Below, piece after piece: positions 1 to 12,927 of a stretch of 64,000 nt of DNA (positions are counted from its first letter, which is position 1; every line of letters begins with the position of its first letter). The notes beneath the pieces are model-generated. The model did not search any database. It saw only the letters and a list, made by a program, of their open reading frames with translations, and was not told where the DNA came from. This DNA comes from Eledone cirrhosa (lineage: Eukaryota): NCBI GenBank assembly GCA_964016885.1, contig OZ024743.1, positions 289,230,001-289,294,000 of the forward strand. Direction: 5' to 3'. The position numbers were made by a program, and so were the translations under genes.

Positions 1-513
1 AAATCAAATTCTAAGCAATTAAATATTTTTGTAAATCTAACTTCATGTTAGCCTGTGATACTTAGACAATCATCAAGACGCAAGTCTATAAACAACAACC
101 ACACAAAACCACCACTCTCACATCCTGGGCTTCATGTTGTAAATTTATACATATGTACTAATATATATTCAGTGCTTAATCATGTATCATTTTTAATACT
201 AATTACATGTGTATTAAAACACACATTAACGCACACAGATGGGCACACACATTCACACACATTCTCAATGCATGTATATATATTTACAGAAGAAAGAAAA
301 GTAATTTTATCACCCAAAATTCCGATATATATATATTACGTATTAATTTAACAATGAAAATAATAACAACAAAGTCGAGTTTTTTACCTATTCATATCAT
401 TGTTTTACGATCGTTTCGGAGGGTTGATCATATTGACATATTGTCTTATCTGTAGCAGTTATATAACTGTATACTATCAGACCTCGTATATAGGTTCGAT
501 CAGATGTTCCTTC

Positions 514-1342
514 CTGTATACACTCGTGTAAAACTCGAATTTGTTAGACCATTTTTTAGGTTAAATTCATGGATTCGACTATTACATTGATACTATTTTT
601 GAGGGGTTTGCAATTCAAGTTAGAATCCAAAGTACCGTAACAGTAGCAAAAATTCAACTGGTCTCGAAACAGATAACACCAAAGCCGCAATAGATTACAG
701 TAATATTACCGAGTCTATGCATTAAAACACACTTCCTAGTAAATAACAAAATTCATAAAGAAGTCCGCGCAGATTTGATAAATATATACAATTGCCCTTT
801 TACTCGTATCAATCAAATTAAACTTATATCTCATAATTACTGTATATTATCATGAGCAATATACCTATCGGTAGGACGCTCTCTACCGATACATGCTCGG
901 CGTGTTTCTTACCACAACTCTCCAATCACTTTATTTTCATATTCGTGCTTAAAGTCACACTTATCACAGGTGTGTTATGGTACCGTATATTAGTGCTGCA
1001 TGTTTATTTATAATTAATTCAGTGCAACTTAAGGCTTTAAATACAAAAATTGATAAAGAAGTAGACACAAAACACCACTCTCTACCAGTAAAAATCTCCT
1101 CAACTATCTCCAGCGAAAACCTTGTCTTCTTCATGACTAGATTAGGAACTACCAATTTCTTTGTTGCATTTTGTAAAGGGTATTTCTCCGTACAATATGA
1201 TACTTTGGCCCACAAATGTTGACTTGTTGTCGCAGAAACACTAGGGTCGACTATTCTACAAGCTCTATGGAACATTCAAGATATTTTACCAAACATAAGG
1301 GGTCGACTTTTACATAAAATCGACTATTACTCAAGTATATAC

Positions 1343-1344
<2 letters not shown>
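514..1344. mobile_element. pogo/Tigger-like non-autonomous DNA transposon remnant
   Basis: Degenerate TIRs: left ctgtatacactcgtgtaaaactcga, right (rc) ccgtatatacttgagtaatagtcga, followed by TA. Subterminal gggtcgact motifs. Minus strand ~1110-1230 weakly resembles a pogo transposase C-terminus. Confidence 0.6.
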
Positions 1345-1380
<36 letters not shown>

Positions 1381-1439
1381 GTATGTATGTATGTATGTAT
1401 GTATGTATGTATGTGTGTGTGAAATATATATATGGAACC

Positions 1440-1680
1440 CTACATAGTGGTAGCGGTGTTGTACGGCGTTTCTTGCACACTTTAAACCGGGAAGAAGCGA
1501 TCCCCTCTCCAGCCGATTTCTTTCCGAGTGGAAGAGAGAAATTAAGAACAAATATAGATCAAGAATCAGTAATGGAATGGTAGTTCTTTTATCGACCACG
1601 AAAGGATAAAATGCAACATTGATTCTAGCGGGATTTGAACTCAGTGTACAGAGTTCTGGGATGAATATCGCAAAGCATTC
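1440..1680 (-). mobile_element. tRNA-derived SINE, variant with long tail
   Basis: gcgggatttgaactcag (rc of B-box) and tttatcgacc...aaaggat core. The tail (cgtttctt..cacttt.aa.ccgg...cctctccag) is shared with 15190-15475. Confidence 0.6.
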
Positions 1681-1921
1681 TATGTGTGTAATGTGTGTAA
1701 TATTTGTATCATACTTATAATGGAGTTATTTATGTGCTCTGTACCATGACAATTATATTGCTCGTCGAATTTACTCATACGAACTTTGATTTTGGATTCT
1801 CAACTACTTTTACGGATTAAACCATTTCGGAGAAGATTCATCTTATCATGTTGCTTGTGGAATTAGTTTGAGTTTGAATGTTATTGGCATAACGTTTTAT
1901 TTACCTCAATAATTTGCTGTT

Positions 1922-2180
1922 TGATGGCCTGAGGGAATGGGCCTTCTCTGTACATAAACCTGTAGGTTGAGGAAGACAAAAAGAATGAAGACGGGAAGCC
2001 CTACAAAACGTGCTCTTGGAGTTTAGGGTTGTTCTATCTACGCTTGGGGACTACGACTGTCATTTTATTTTATATATAGTTTATTGTTATTTATTAATGT
2101 TAAAGTTATACGATTTTTATGTAAAAGCTCCGCCGTCACGTCTTGTAATCTCCCATTTCCTGTACGTTCTTGTATTCTGT
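1922..2180 (+). mobile_element. 3' end of L1/Tx1-like LINE (ORF2 tail plus 3' UTR)
   Basis: gatggcc.gag..a.tgggccttctct.ta.ataa.cctgtaggttgagga is shared with 19617-19670. Clade assignment is from recalled similarity only. Confidence 0.5.
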
Positions 2181-2723
2181 ATATATAAGTCTGTGTGTAT
2201 GGGAGTCTGCATTTATGTGTAAAAATTCAAAAGACCGAAACAAAATTCATTTAATCTGCTTAGTTGCAATGAAACACCCCATCAACCAGTCAACTGCATT
2301 TCCCCAATTACCATTAGCCTTGCCATCATCACCGTAAACATGAGCAATAGAGCAACAGAATTAGAAACGATAGCAAGAGAAACACCACCACCACAATCAC
2401 AATCATGCAGCCACACTCATCCCACACATCACTATCACCAACTCCACCCAACACTCACCACCATTCTCATCACCGCCACTACCTCATCCCAGTACCATCA
2501 TCAATATCATCATCTACATCATTATCATTGTCGCACTCATGCAACTTCCCCAACTCACACAGACAGAAACACACATATATCTAAACAAGTAGAGTCTATA
2601 CGTTTATAACATCAAAGTTACTTGCCCTTTATTCTTTCAAAAATCCGCCCTACTCACACCCTGAAGAAGATTTCCTTTGTTTTTATCATTTCTTTTATTA
2701 CTTCATTATTTTACTGTAACTTT

Positions 2724-2816
2724 GGTTAATTTTGCCTTTCATCCTTACGGGGTCGATAAAATAAAGTACCAGTAATGTACTGGGTAATTGCTGGCCTTGT
2801 GCCTAAAGTAGAAACA
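2724..2816 (+). mobile_element. 5'-truncated SINE (family A) with 19-bp TSD
   Basis: Core tttcatccttacggggtcgataaaataaagtaccag...gctggccttgtgcc. TSD attattttactgtaacttt at 2705-2723 and 2817-2835. Confidence 0.9.
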
Positions 2817-3202
2817 ATTATTTTACTGTAACTTTCATTTCAAGCCTCCTGCCAGCAAATTCAACCTCATGTTATCAAACTTTCTCTCCCTATCTCTATC
2901 TCTCTCTCCCACTCTCTCACACTCTCCGACTCATTTTCTATTAGTCCACATCGTCATCCCTTTTTACATCCCAACATCATCTCTTTTCTCTTCCTCATTT
3001 CACACTAAGGCATATTTACTCTCTTCAACATCTTTATATCTTTCTCTAACTCTCTTTACTGTTCACACACACACGCATATATATATATATATATATATAG
3101 TGGAAAATGGAACGGGAACAAAACAGAGAGGCAGTACGAACAAAGGTTTATTAGTTTCACGCTCTTGAGAGGAAAGGAGTCGACGAAGACATTGGCTATA
3201 TA

Positions 3203-3270
<68 letters not shown>

Positions 3271-3274
<4 letters not shown>

Positions 3275-3806
3275 ATACTGTACGTCTTTATACATATATG
3301 TATGTACGTGTACATACTTATATTTAAGTAACAGCCGTACTAAGAGTGGGAAATGAAATTTCGTTTCATTTTTTCCGTTTATCGTTTTCCGTGCACTCTG
3401 CCGATTAACCCACTCGATATGCAAATTGGGCTGCTCAGCCGTTAATATGCATAAGGTAAGTATATACGTTCAACAATTTGGCAGGAAGGTATACGTTGCT
3501 GACGATAGCTAATAAGCTTGAAACTAGTACAGCGTTCCTTTGTCAGTGTTGAACAAATGAGCAACGATGGTTGCTGGACACTACGGCTTAATACGGGATG
3601 TTTGTTTACAAACACACCGAGCATTAAAATAAATGTTCGGTGAATCCATACGTACATATATATATGTGTGCATGTATGTATATATATATATATACATACT
3701 ACTGTACGTCTGCATACATATATGTATGTACGTGTACATACTTATATTTAAGTAACAGCCGTACTAAGAATGGGAAATGAAATTTCGTTTCATTTTTTCC
3801 GTTTAT
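3271..3806 (+). mobile_element. Terminally redundant non-coding HHR element (retrozyme/PLE pLTR-like), 424-bp period
   Basis: 112-bp direct repeats at 3271-3382 and 3695-3806 (about 4 mismatches), internal hammerhead, (TA)n on both sides. Confidence 0.7.
3493..3535 (+). ncRNA. Minimal type-I hammerhead ribozyme
   Basis: acgttg-CTGACGA-t-agct(aata)agct-t-GAAA-ctag-TA-cagcgt: stem I, intact core, stem II, palindromic CUAG in place of stem III. Predicted cleavage after 3529. Confidence 0.85.
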
Positions 3807-4727
3807 ATATATAGCCAATATATAGCCAATATATATATATATTCATATATAGCCAATGTCTTCGACGACTCCTTATATATATATATATATATATATGAAT
3901 ATATAGCCAATGTCTTCGTCGATCTCCTTTCTTCTATCTCTCATCCACTCTTTCTTAAATATTTACCTTCTCAGTGGTGCCCTTTTTTCTTCTCAAACTC
4001 TTTTTCTTTCCTACCCACACCGTCTCTCACTCTACTTTCCTTTTCTCTCCCTATTATTTTTATCTGCTTTTCCCATAATAAAACGGAACAGCGATATAAC
4101 GTTTATATACATATATTACACATGTTAATTCAATTATGGAATTATAAACACACACTCACACACGCACACACGCACACACACACGCACACATATATTCTTA
4201 CATACCTACATATCTACATAGATAACGACATGCATGCATGCACAAGAACACAGTCAGATATATACATATATATTTATATATATATATATATATATACAAT
4301 ATATATACAATATATACAATATATATGTATGTATATATATATATATATATATACAATATATATAGAATATATACAATATATATGTATGTATATATATATA
4401 TATATATGTATATAAACATACATATATATATTACATATATATATTATATATATACATATATATGTATATATATATATATATATACACATATATATATATA
4501 ATACATATATATATATACGTATATATATGTATATATATGTATATATATATATATATACATACACACACACATATATATGCCTATGTGTGTGTATATGCAT
4601 GTGAATTTTTACATGTGTGGATATGTGTGTGTATATATGTGTTGTGTGCATGTTTATATATTGTATATATTGGATACACACTCGAAAATTCGTATGAGCT
4701 GATCTATATGAATATGTGTATAAATAA

Positions 4728-5246
4728 ATATTGTTATACTTTGGGAGGGTCATGTTGCCAATAAGAAACACACGCACCAGTTGCTTTCACTTCAATTTAT
4801 TATATATTTATAAATTTATAAATTTATAAATTTCTGGTTGGTTGGTTGGTTCCACAACCAGATAGTTGTTTATATATAGTCATAGTTCTTTCGTCACACA
4901 CTCTGTGACCTCTTCAGTGACTGGGGATTCCTTTCTTTGTTTCTGTGCCTCTCCTTTGTTCCGTCCTACGCCATTTTGTTTCTGACACACAGAAACAAAA
5001 TGGCGTAGGACAGAACAAAGGAGAGGCACAGAAACAAAGAAAGGAATCCCCAGTCACTGAAGAGGTCACAGAGTGTGTGACGAAAGAACTATGACTATAT
5101 ATAAACAACTATCTGGTTGTGGAACCAACCAACCAACCAGATATTTATAAATTTATAAATTTATAAATATATAATAAATTGAAGTGAAAGCAACTGGTGC
5201 GTGTGTTTCTTATTGGCAACATGACCCTCCCAAAGTATAACAATAT
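4728..5246. repeat. 519-bp near-perfect palindrome (fold-back non-coding retroelement)
   Basis: 4728-4984 is the reverse complement of 4990-5246 with very few mismatches; 5-nt loop acaca at 4985-4989. Confidence 0.95.
5052..5096 (+). ncRNA. Minimal type-I hammerhead ribozyme (mirror copy on - strand at 4878-4922)
   Basis: agtca-CTGAAGA-g-gtcaca(gagtg)tgtgac-GAAA-gaac-TA-tgact. Predicted cleavage after 5091. Confidence 0.8.
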
Positions 5247-5334
5247 CGGTTTCAACACACGATTTCAGATAAAGAATCTTGCTAAACAAATTCAGAAACG
5301 AAATGTATAAATAAAATAATATATTAACATCTAT

Positions 5335-5379
<45 letters not shown>

Positions 5380-5699
5380 TGTGTGTGACAGAAAGTGTGT
5401 GTGTGTGTGTGCGTGTTTGTTGGTGTGTGCGTGCGTGCGCGCGTTTGTGTGTCTGTGTTTGTGAATTAGTATTTTTTGTTCTGCTTGCTATGTGTGTACG
5501 TGTTTATGTTTTTCTCTATATATATTTCATTACAACTTAAACTTTTTTTCTGAAATCTCTTCATTTCTTGGAAGTCAATAATACATACATGCATTCATGC
5601 ATACAAACATGCATGCATACATACATCTATATCTATCTATCTCTATATATATATATAAACATACACATTTAACAGATTATAATTATAAGCATAATATCT

Positions 5700-7000
5700 G
5701 TTTACATCCTTTCATGTGATCTTCAGAAATTGTGGACCCAGATACAAACATTTCACACATCACAGCATGATCTCAATCATCTGAGAAAACGGATGAAGTA
5801 GTAGACATGAATTTTCATTTGTCTCTGTTTCGCTTATGTGAAAGAACATTTAATTCTGAAAGTCCATTATTAAATTATAATAAACTGATTTCGTTTTTGA
5901 AGAGAATCCTCGCAACGTTTTCAACTCCAGCATGAAATGTGCTGTATAGAACATTGAATATGCAGTCATTACTCATCTAAATTACCTGACTATTTCATAC
6001 AAATACAATACAGTTCCAAATGCTTACTATAGTGAATGGGAAATTATCAGTCAGTTAAGATCTGTCATAGAAATTATCGTGGTCCCATTGTTGCGATGCG
6101 CCTCTGCTATTGACTGATAACCCCGACACATTTCTGACTTTTTTCATAGTTAATGTTGTTCTTACATCATGTTCCCGGAGAACAGGATAGTTAAAGCTTT
6201 AACTCGGAAGATGGTGCCGGGCATTGTCTAAAAGGGACAGTCCAATAAACAGGTCCCGTACTTGCAGATGGTCTTCATATTAAATTGAGTCGTGATGTGC
6301 TCTTGTGACTCAGGAGCTCAGATGTTTCTACCAGGAATTCCGCAAGAAAGCTATCGGGCAGTGGTCAATTGAATTTGGAATAAAGAAATTCTCGATACAT
6401 GAAATAATTCGATTCTTTAAAAAAATACAGTCTCTGTCCTTTCAGATAGATCCACAGACACCGGTTCAGACAGGATGCTGCAACTTAGCAAAAAAACGTA
6501 ATCATGATTTCGTTCGCCAGGGAAATAATTGAACTCCCCATATTGTGGAAAGATTTCATATATGTTAAATCAGAATCATTGACTATTATGTGATTAGTTG
6601 GGAACACGTGATTGCAGGCTGGGTAATGTTTACTAATGTTCCATGTTTACGGCTTGGATAGATTACATCTGTCTCGTTTTAGCTTCTGCTGAGATTAAAG
6701 TTTTAGCGGCATAGGTAAAACATTCAACAATAAATTAAGCTTTTTCGAAAGATGTTACTTCATTAGTAAATAGCATATCAAATAAGAGATTTAGCCCATT
6801 ATACTAGTAATAGATAAAAATTTGACACCCACCTCAAAATCTTTAAAAACGGAATCAAGCATAACTGAGAAATAAAGATAAAATACTAGGAAAGATCAGA
6901 CAGCAACTGATTGCAAAATTACCACCCCTGAAAGATAATATAACTCCATCTTTCACATATTCTTGAAGGTAAATAGTATATAACATGTTATCACAAAATC
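5700..7000 (-). mobile_element. Highly degraded Penelope-like element (linker, GIY-YIG region and 3' end)
   Basis: Minus-strand remnants NISKHYPACNHVF..LTYMKSFHNMG and ICKYGTCLLDCPF resemble PLE linker and Cys motifs. Degenerate HHR at 5739-5783. Confidence 0.45.
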
Positions 7001-7092
7001 ATTCAAGTGTTTTCCAGACAGTCTTTTGGTTTGTAGTATTAAAGTGGTAAACTACTGGAATATTAAATATCAATATATCAATATATCAATAT

Positions 7093-7134
<42 letters not shown>

Positions 7135-7184
7135 CTCTACATAGCTGAATACAATAAATGTAATCTGAGTTTTTCGAATATTAA

Positions 7185-7365
7185 TAATTGTTTCTACATT
7201 TGGCACAAGGCCAGCAATTACCCAGTACATTACTGGTACTTTATTTTATCGACCCCGTAAGGATGAAAGGCAAAGTTAACCTCGGCGGGATTTGAACTCA
7301 GACTGTAAAGGGACGTAACTATGCTAGAAAGCATGGCGTCCAACCCTTTACCGATACTGCCAATT
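7185..7365 (-). mobile_element. tRNA-derived SINE family A
   Basis: ggcacaaggccagcaatt...gtactttattttatcgaccccgtaaggatgaaaggcaaagttaacctcggcgggatttgaactcag; near-identical to 42868-43050. Confidence 0.9.
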
Positions 7366-7604
7366 CAATTAATAATGATATTCGACTCGTTTGCAATTAT
7401 GCAAACAGCCTCTTTAAGTCATGTCAGTAGAATGACACCGCATACTTGCTCTTGTGTTGGCATATATAGTTGATAAATGAAACAAAACAAACAGAAGGAT
7501 ACAAAAATACACAGTTATATTAGGTTCACGCTTAGAGGAAATGGAGGAGGGTTCAACCTTCAAGGAAATGGAGGAAAGTGTGAGATAAAATTATTTGATT
7601 ATTT

Positions 7605-7985
7605 GATACTAGTCTGGTGGATGTTATTGAAAGGACAGATGGGGGACACATTCTTCTTCGCCCAAGTCCCCGTCGAATTGTTCAAATTCCATTTAAAAGG
7701 GAAGGTGAAGGTGGAGAGGTAAGTGTTGGGCCCAGTAAATTTGTTAAAGGTGGGGAATGTATTGAGAATGGCCCGCGGGGCCTCCTCTGAAAAATTTACC
7801 CGTTAGCTAAGGTGTGCAGAGAGGCCAACTGCCCTTTCCTATGGAACTCGTGGCCTTCAAGGTTGTTTTGTATCTATGTGTTGCGAAATGACCCTTGGGT
7901 AGTGCTACTCTCTATCGGCCAATTGTTTTGTTATGAATTTTTAATTGGTATTTGGTTGCTTGTATTCTTTTCCTTTTACGTCTGA
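7605..7985 (+). mobile_element. L1/Tx1-like LINE ORF2 C-terminus and 3' UTR, degraded
   Basis: LVWWMLLKG..LFKFHLKGKVKVER*VL..NVLRMAR overlaps the NVAKMARV peptide of the 19597 copy. Confidence 0.5.
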
Positions 7986-8499
7986 ATCGCCACTGTTATT
8001 TTCTCTTGTATTATCCATAATGTTTTCATTATTCACCAAAAAATATTATTTATATTTTCCCTTTTTTTTCGCTTCATAAGCAATGACTACTGAATATCAA
8101 CCAAATACATACGGCAGGCATCGTTGGTTTTGACAGTTTCTGATAACTTTCTTTTCATATTTATTGTGCCGTCCTCAAATTCCTTAACAAATCACATCAC
8201 AAAAGTTGATGGCTAATACAAACAAATAGAGAAAATAAGTATGAAAAAAAAGGACGGGGATAAAAAGAACTATAAAAGAGTGTGAAAGATATGAAATAAT
8301 TTTGCATCAAGGATATTTGAATGGCATTAAATATCAACTAAATTTACTATAACAATTAAACAGATAGGATTGTGATGACATATATTACAAAGAGAATAAT
8401 TTACGATGTGAGCAGGAATGCACACAAATCACAACCTATAACTGAAATTGAAGGAGTAACAATCCTTTAGAATTTTACCATCCTTGTGCAAAGTCTATT

Positions 8500-9230
8500 T
8501 TCTATATTTCAAGGTTCTTAGTCTCTATGCCAAGAGCACCGATTACCACTGCACAATGGAGACCGTCTTCACTTCATTACGCTAGGATTTCAAGATCTTA
8601 TATTTTAAGTCGGTTAAGTTTCGTTACATTCTTGTGTCAAAAGAATGCGCTATATTTATGATGGAATAGTTTCTTTCCGTCCTCTCAATTACAACAATAT
8701 CTTGTCTGTTATGTTCAAATTTCATTTCGGTCTGATTTGGAAAGACTCGCAAAAGCTTTATCTTATCGTTCTCTAGCACTCTCATCTCATTTGTGACACA
8801 TGTTCACATGGAAATCCATATTTTTACTCAAGCTCCAGTGCAAGACGGTAGCCACCTTATCATATTCGCTTTTTTATAATAATTTTGGATTACTATAACG
8901 GATTACTATCTCAAACGATAAGAGCAACTATCTCTGCTTTCTCCCCACAAATTCTGCATTCAGATTGAACATCTTTCTTGTCTATGTGCCTCATTACCCA
9001 CATTGACTTCATCTTGCACTGCTAATATAAGTACTTTGTTTCTTTCTTAATGTAGCCTTTCCGTAACCATAACCAAATACTTTTGTTATCACACACATTT
9101 CTTGTTTCCTTAAGGAATGCTGAATGAAGAGATATTCATCAAATGTTTTTTTACGCTCCTCAGCAAACATATGACTATTTGTCACTTGAGGGAGGGATCT
9201 GAGTATCAACTGAGCCAATTGTGAATATCA
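8500..9230 (-). mobile_element. R4/Dong-like non-LTR retrotransposon fossil (Zn-knuckle and restriction-like endonuclease)
   Basis: Frameshifted minus-strand peptides ECRICGEKAEIVALIV, DKVATVLHWSLS, ENDKIKLL..FQIQT..EHNRQDIVVIER, VVIGALG match the CCHC and PD-D/ExK domain of RLE LINEs. Confidence 0.75.
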
Positions 9231-9845
9231 CTTCCCCGTCTTACTTTTGAAGGGAAGGAGAGACAACTTTTATCAGCCTGGTGACCATAGTGAAAGAGAT
9301 CGTGTGGTGAAGAGGAACGTCAGGGTGGAGAGTGAAGTAATGCCTTTCAACCAGTGGGTGAGCGTGGCGAGCATGGTCCAAAACTGTTATACAGAAGTGG
9401 AAACTTGGAAATATAGCTTTATTGATTCAAAATTTCGACTGTTATAAAAAGGAACTAAAAGCGTTAAGACACAAAGGAACTAAAAGCGTTAACATAAAAA
9501 AAGAATTCTTAACTAACAAAAGATTTTTATTTAGTGATATACAAATCATAGCTGTTGCTTTCACAATCATTTGAAAAGGAATCTGAAGTTTCAAAACTGG
9601 ATGATATAAGGAGATATGTTTTCGAATATTTGACAGACAGCTACATATTTATGTAATGTGATTGTGTGAAGTTGAATATGTTTTGGATGGCATTAATGGC
9701 ACAATTGTATGAAATTGGTTATTAGCCGGTAATTGAAACCGGATCAAGGGCCCTTCTCATCGGAACATAAACCCTTCTAAACAACACACCCATACCTCGA
9801 TACATACATATATACATACATATATTATATACATATATATATACA

Positions 9846-9936
<91 letters not shown>

Positions 9937-10102
9937 GTATATATGTATATATATATATATATATATTTAAATATATATATTGAAGGAGGAATGAGAGATA
10001 GAAACAGAAGAGATAGAATAGGTATGTGTGCATATATAAATGTTTGTGGCATTGACGTGTCAGGCGTGAGGCGTTAGCGCGTATTTGTGAGTGTGAGGGT
10101 TT

Positions 10103-10193
<91 letters not shown>

Positions 10194-10815
10194 CATCTGC
10201 TTGCATGAACTGATGTGTAACATAATGTTTTGTCTGGAATTACAATCTTCTCTTCGCTCTGACAGTTTTGTATTTTCATTATATTGTAATATAAAACCCG
10301 TATTTTTATACTATTATTACTATTGTTATTCTTGTTGTTATTGATGTTGCTATTATTATTATTATCACTATTATTTTTATTTCTATTATTATTATTATCT
10401 TCATCGTCATCATCATTGTTGCTGTTATTCACTTACCAGCAATGAACATTATAACAAAAGGAGAGGAAACAGAAGATTACACACACGAAAACATGGTGTG
10501 GCAGTACGAGGTTATGTATGTATGTATGAATGTATGAATGTATGTATGTATATATGTATGTATGTGAATATATATATATATATACATTTGTATATAAATA
10601 TATATATATGTATGTATGTGAATATATATATATACATTTGTATATAAATATATATATACATAACAGCACACAAACAAAATAAGAAACACGAAAAGACGTC
10701 TATAAAAGGAAAATTGCATACACACACACGCACATACATACATATACATACATATATATATATATATATATTTCGTTTTTGTATTTCTTTGTATATACAT
10801 ATACACATACATATA

Positions 10816-11659
10816 TAAGGTCGCTCGAAAGTGTATCCGACTTTAGGTTGTGAAATATAATTACGTTCTTGGTGGACTTCCATTGCTAATCCAAACCTCT
10901 TGTGCCACCATACATTTAGGCCAGTCCTTCTTCCAATCTTAAAGCACGACATGAATGCTTCTTTTGGAATAGCACACAGCTCTGTCGATGCAGTTTGCAT
11001 GTTTCTTGGCTCTCATAGCTTGTGCCTTTCAGTACCATTTTATTTTATAGCACAACTAACGGTCCGAAGGAGATATGCCTGGTGTGTAGAGAGACTGGCG
11101 AATAAGAGAAATTCCTTTCTTTACTAAGAAACCTTGGATGGTTCCTGACGAATGAGCACGGTGTTGTCATGGTGTGGCTGCCAGCTTTCGAGGCCCATAA
11201 ATCAGTTCTCTTGAACCGAACTGGGTCTTGAATATGTCCTAATATTACTTCTTTATAACAGTTTGTTTATCTTGAGCGTATTCTCGATGTACAACGTTCC
11301 ATTACTCGCGCGATAACAATCTACATCACCTTGACATTTCATCTTGACCGATGTGCTTTGAGGAACCATTGTGACGTTGGCTGCTTCCACAGGGAATAAT
11401 GAAATTTGGTTTCCGGACTGTATTCCATATGCCAAGTCGCATTTCCAGCTAAAATAGTATTCAGTATCGGGCAAAGATAAAAGTAGTTTAGCACATCAAA
11501 CACCGACTGCCTGGTAGCAACTGACGCATTCACTCAGCTCCTAAAAATCTTGCATGCGTATGAATGTATGCGCCTCCACTCTGCACACTTTTATCTTCTT
11601 AAAATCATTCCATTCCACGCGAACAAATAAAATCGGGCGTGTTTTCAACGTATGACGTA
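10816..11659 (-). mobile_element. mariner transposon fossil (degraded transposase)
   Basis: TWHMEYSPETKFHYSLWKQPTSQWFLKAHRSR*NVKVM resembles GDETWVYxYDPETKxQSxxWKxPxSPxPKKAR..KVM. C-terminal [16 protein letters not shown]. Degenerate ends in TA. Confidence 0.85.
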
Positions 11660-11698
11660 TATATATAAATGTGAAAAATAAATATATATATATATATA

Positions 11699-11784
<86 letters not shown>

Positions 11785-11860
11785 CGAATATTTTCTTCCT
11801 ACATATTTATGTGTGCGTGTTTGTTTTCCGACTTGTATATATATACAAGATATACAAGTC

Positions 11861-11985
11861 GGATCTAGCTGTCGAAACGGCCGGAGCTCAGACATCGGGG
11901 TCCTGCATCTTTTCATATTACCCACTCTACTACACCACATATCGAGTACTTTGGTGGGTTATGGTCTAGATGGTTTTTACCCTAC
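11861..11985 (+). mobile_element. Short non-coding repeat family F (PLE-type 3' end starting in the 3' half of an HHR)
   Basis: gtcgaaacggccggagctcag..tcggggtcctg..ttttc.tattacccactcta..tatcga..tggtg.gttatggtc is shared with 19966-20147, 22022-22145 and 22183-22421. Confidence 0.75.
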
Positions 11986-12006
11986 CTTATCTGATATATA
12001 TATATA

Positions 12007-12927
12007 TATACAACCAACCCACCACATACTCCTTCAGCCTCTGTCCCCTACACTCTACCTGACAGCTGAATATATCACCTCCACATCCTAGTCCTCCCTT
12101 AGAACTTATATATATATATATATATGGATATAGATATAAAGAAAACAAGTATCGAACAAACAGAGTATGCGATAACATTAATTTCATACTTAACAGAAAG
12201 CGAGTGAGTTAGACAGTGAACGTATCGGGCATTTGCCCTTCATCAGGAGAAACACTAAAGGAAAGGCTTAAAGAGAAAAAAACAATTTTTTATTAAAATT
12301 AGAAATAAAATAAAAAGTATGGAGGTGGAGGGCGAGGAGTAACGGCGGGTTGTACAGTGGTCTGGCTTGTGGATGTAGGGTCCGATGTGAAGGGTACAGA
12401 CGTGGTGGATATGTGTATGTGGGGTGCATATTATGATGCGTTTGTGCATGTGTAGGTGTCAAATGTTTTGTTGGTGGAAGTGTGTACATGCGAATGTGTG
12501 TACACATGCATCCGCCCACGCACACGTATAAATATGTAAGCACACACATCTACACACACATACACCCGTATCCCTGTGTACGCACGTGTGCATGTGTGTG
12601 CCCGTGTGTATGTTAGTATGTGTGTTTGGAAGGGGAATCTGGTTATTGTGGTGTATAGTGTGGTTGGTGTATGCGTGTATATATGCGTATATATAGGGAA
12701 GGTTGGGTCGTATCTAGCATGGTCCGAGATGGGCTTTCAGTTTGGTACATGTATGAAGCCCGTGTCTAGAGTGGGAGAGAAAGGTATTGCACGCGAGCGT
12801 GGATGGGTGTGTGTGTGCGTATGTGCGAGTTCTAAGGGAGGACTAGGATGTGGAGGTGTTATATTCAGCGGTCAGGTAGAGTGTAGGGGACAGAGCCTGA
12901 AGGAGTGTGTGGTGGGTTGGTTGTATA
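12007..12927. repeat. ~100-bp inverted repeat pair flanking a degraded PLE-like 3' region
   Basis: 12007-12106 is the reverse complement of 12828-12927 (few mismatches). Degenerate HHR ctgatga-a-gggc(aaat)gccc-gata on - strand at ~12215-12247. Confidence 0.75.
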
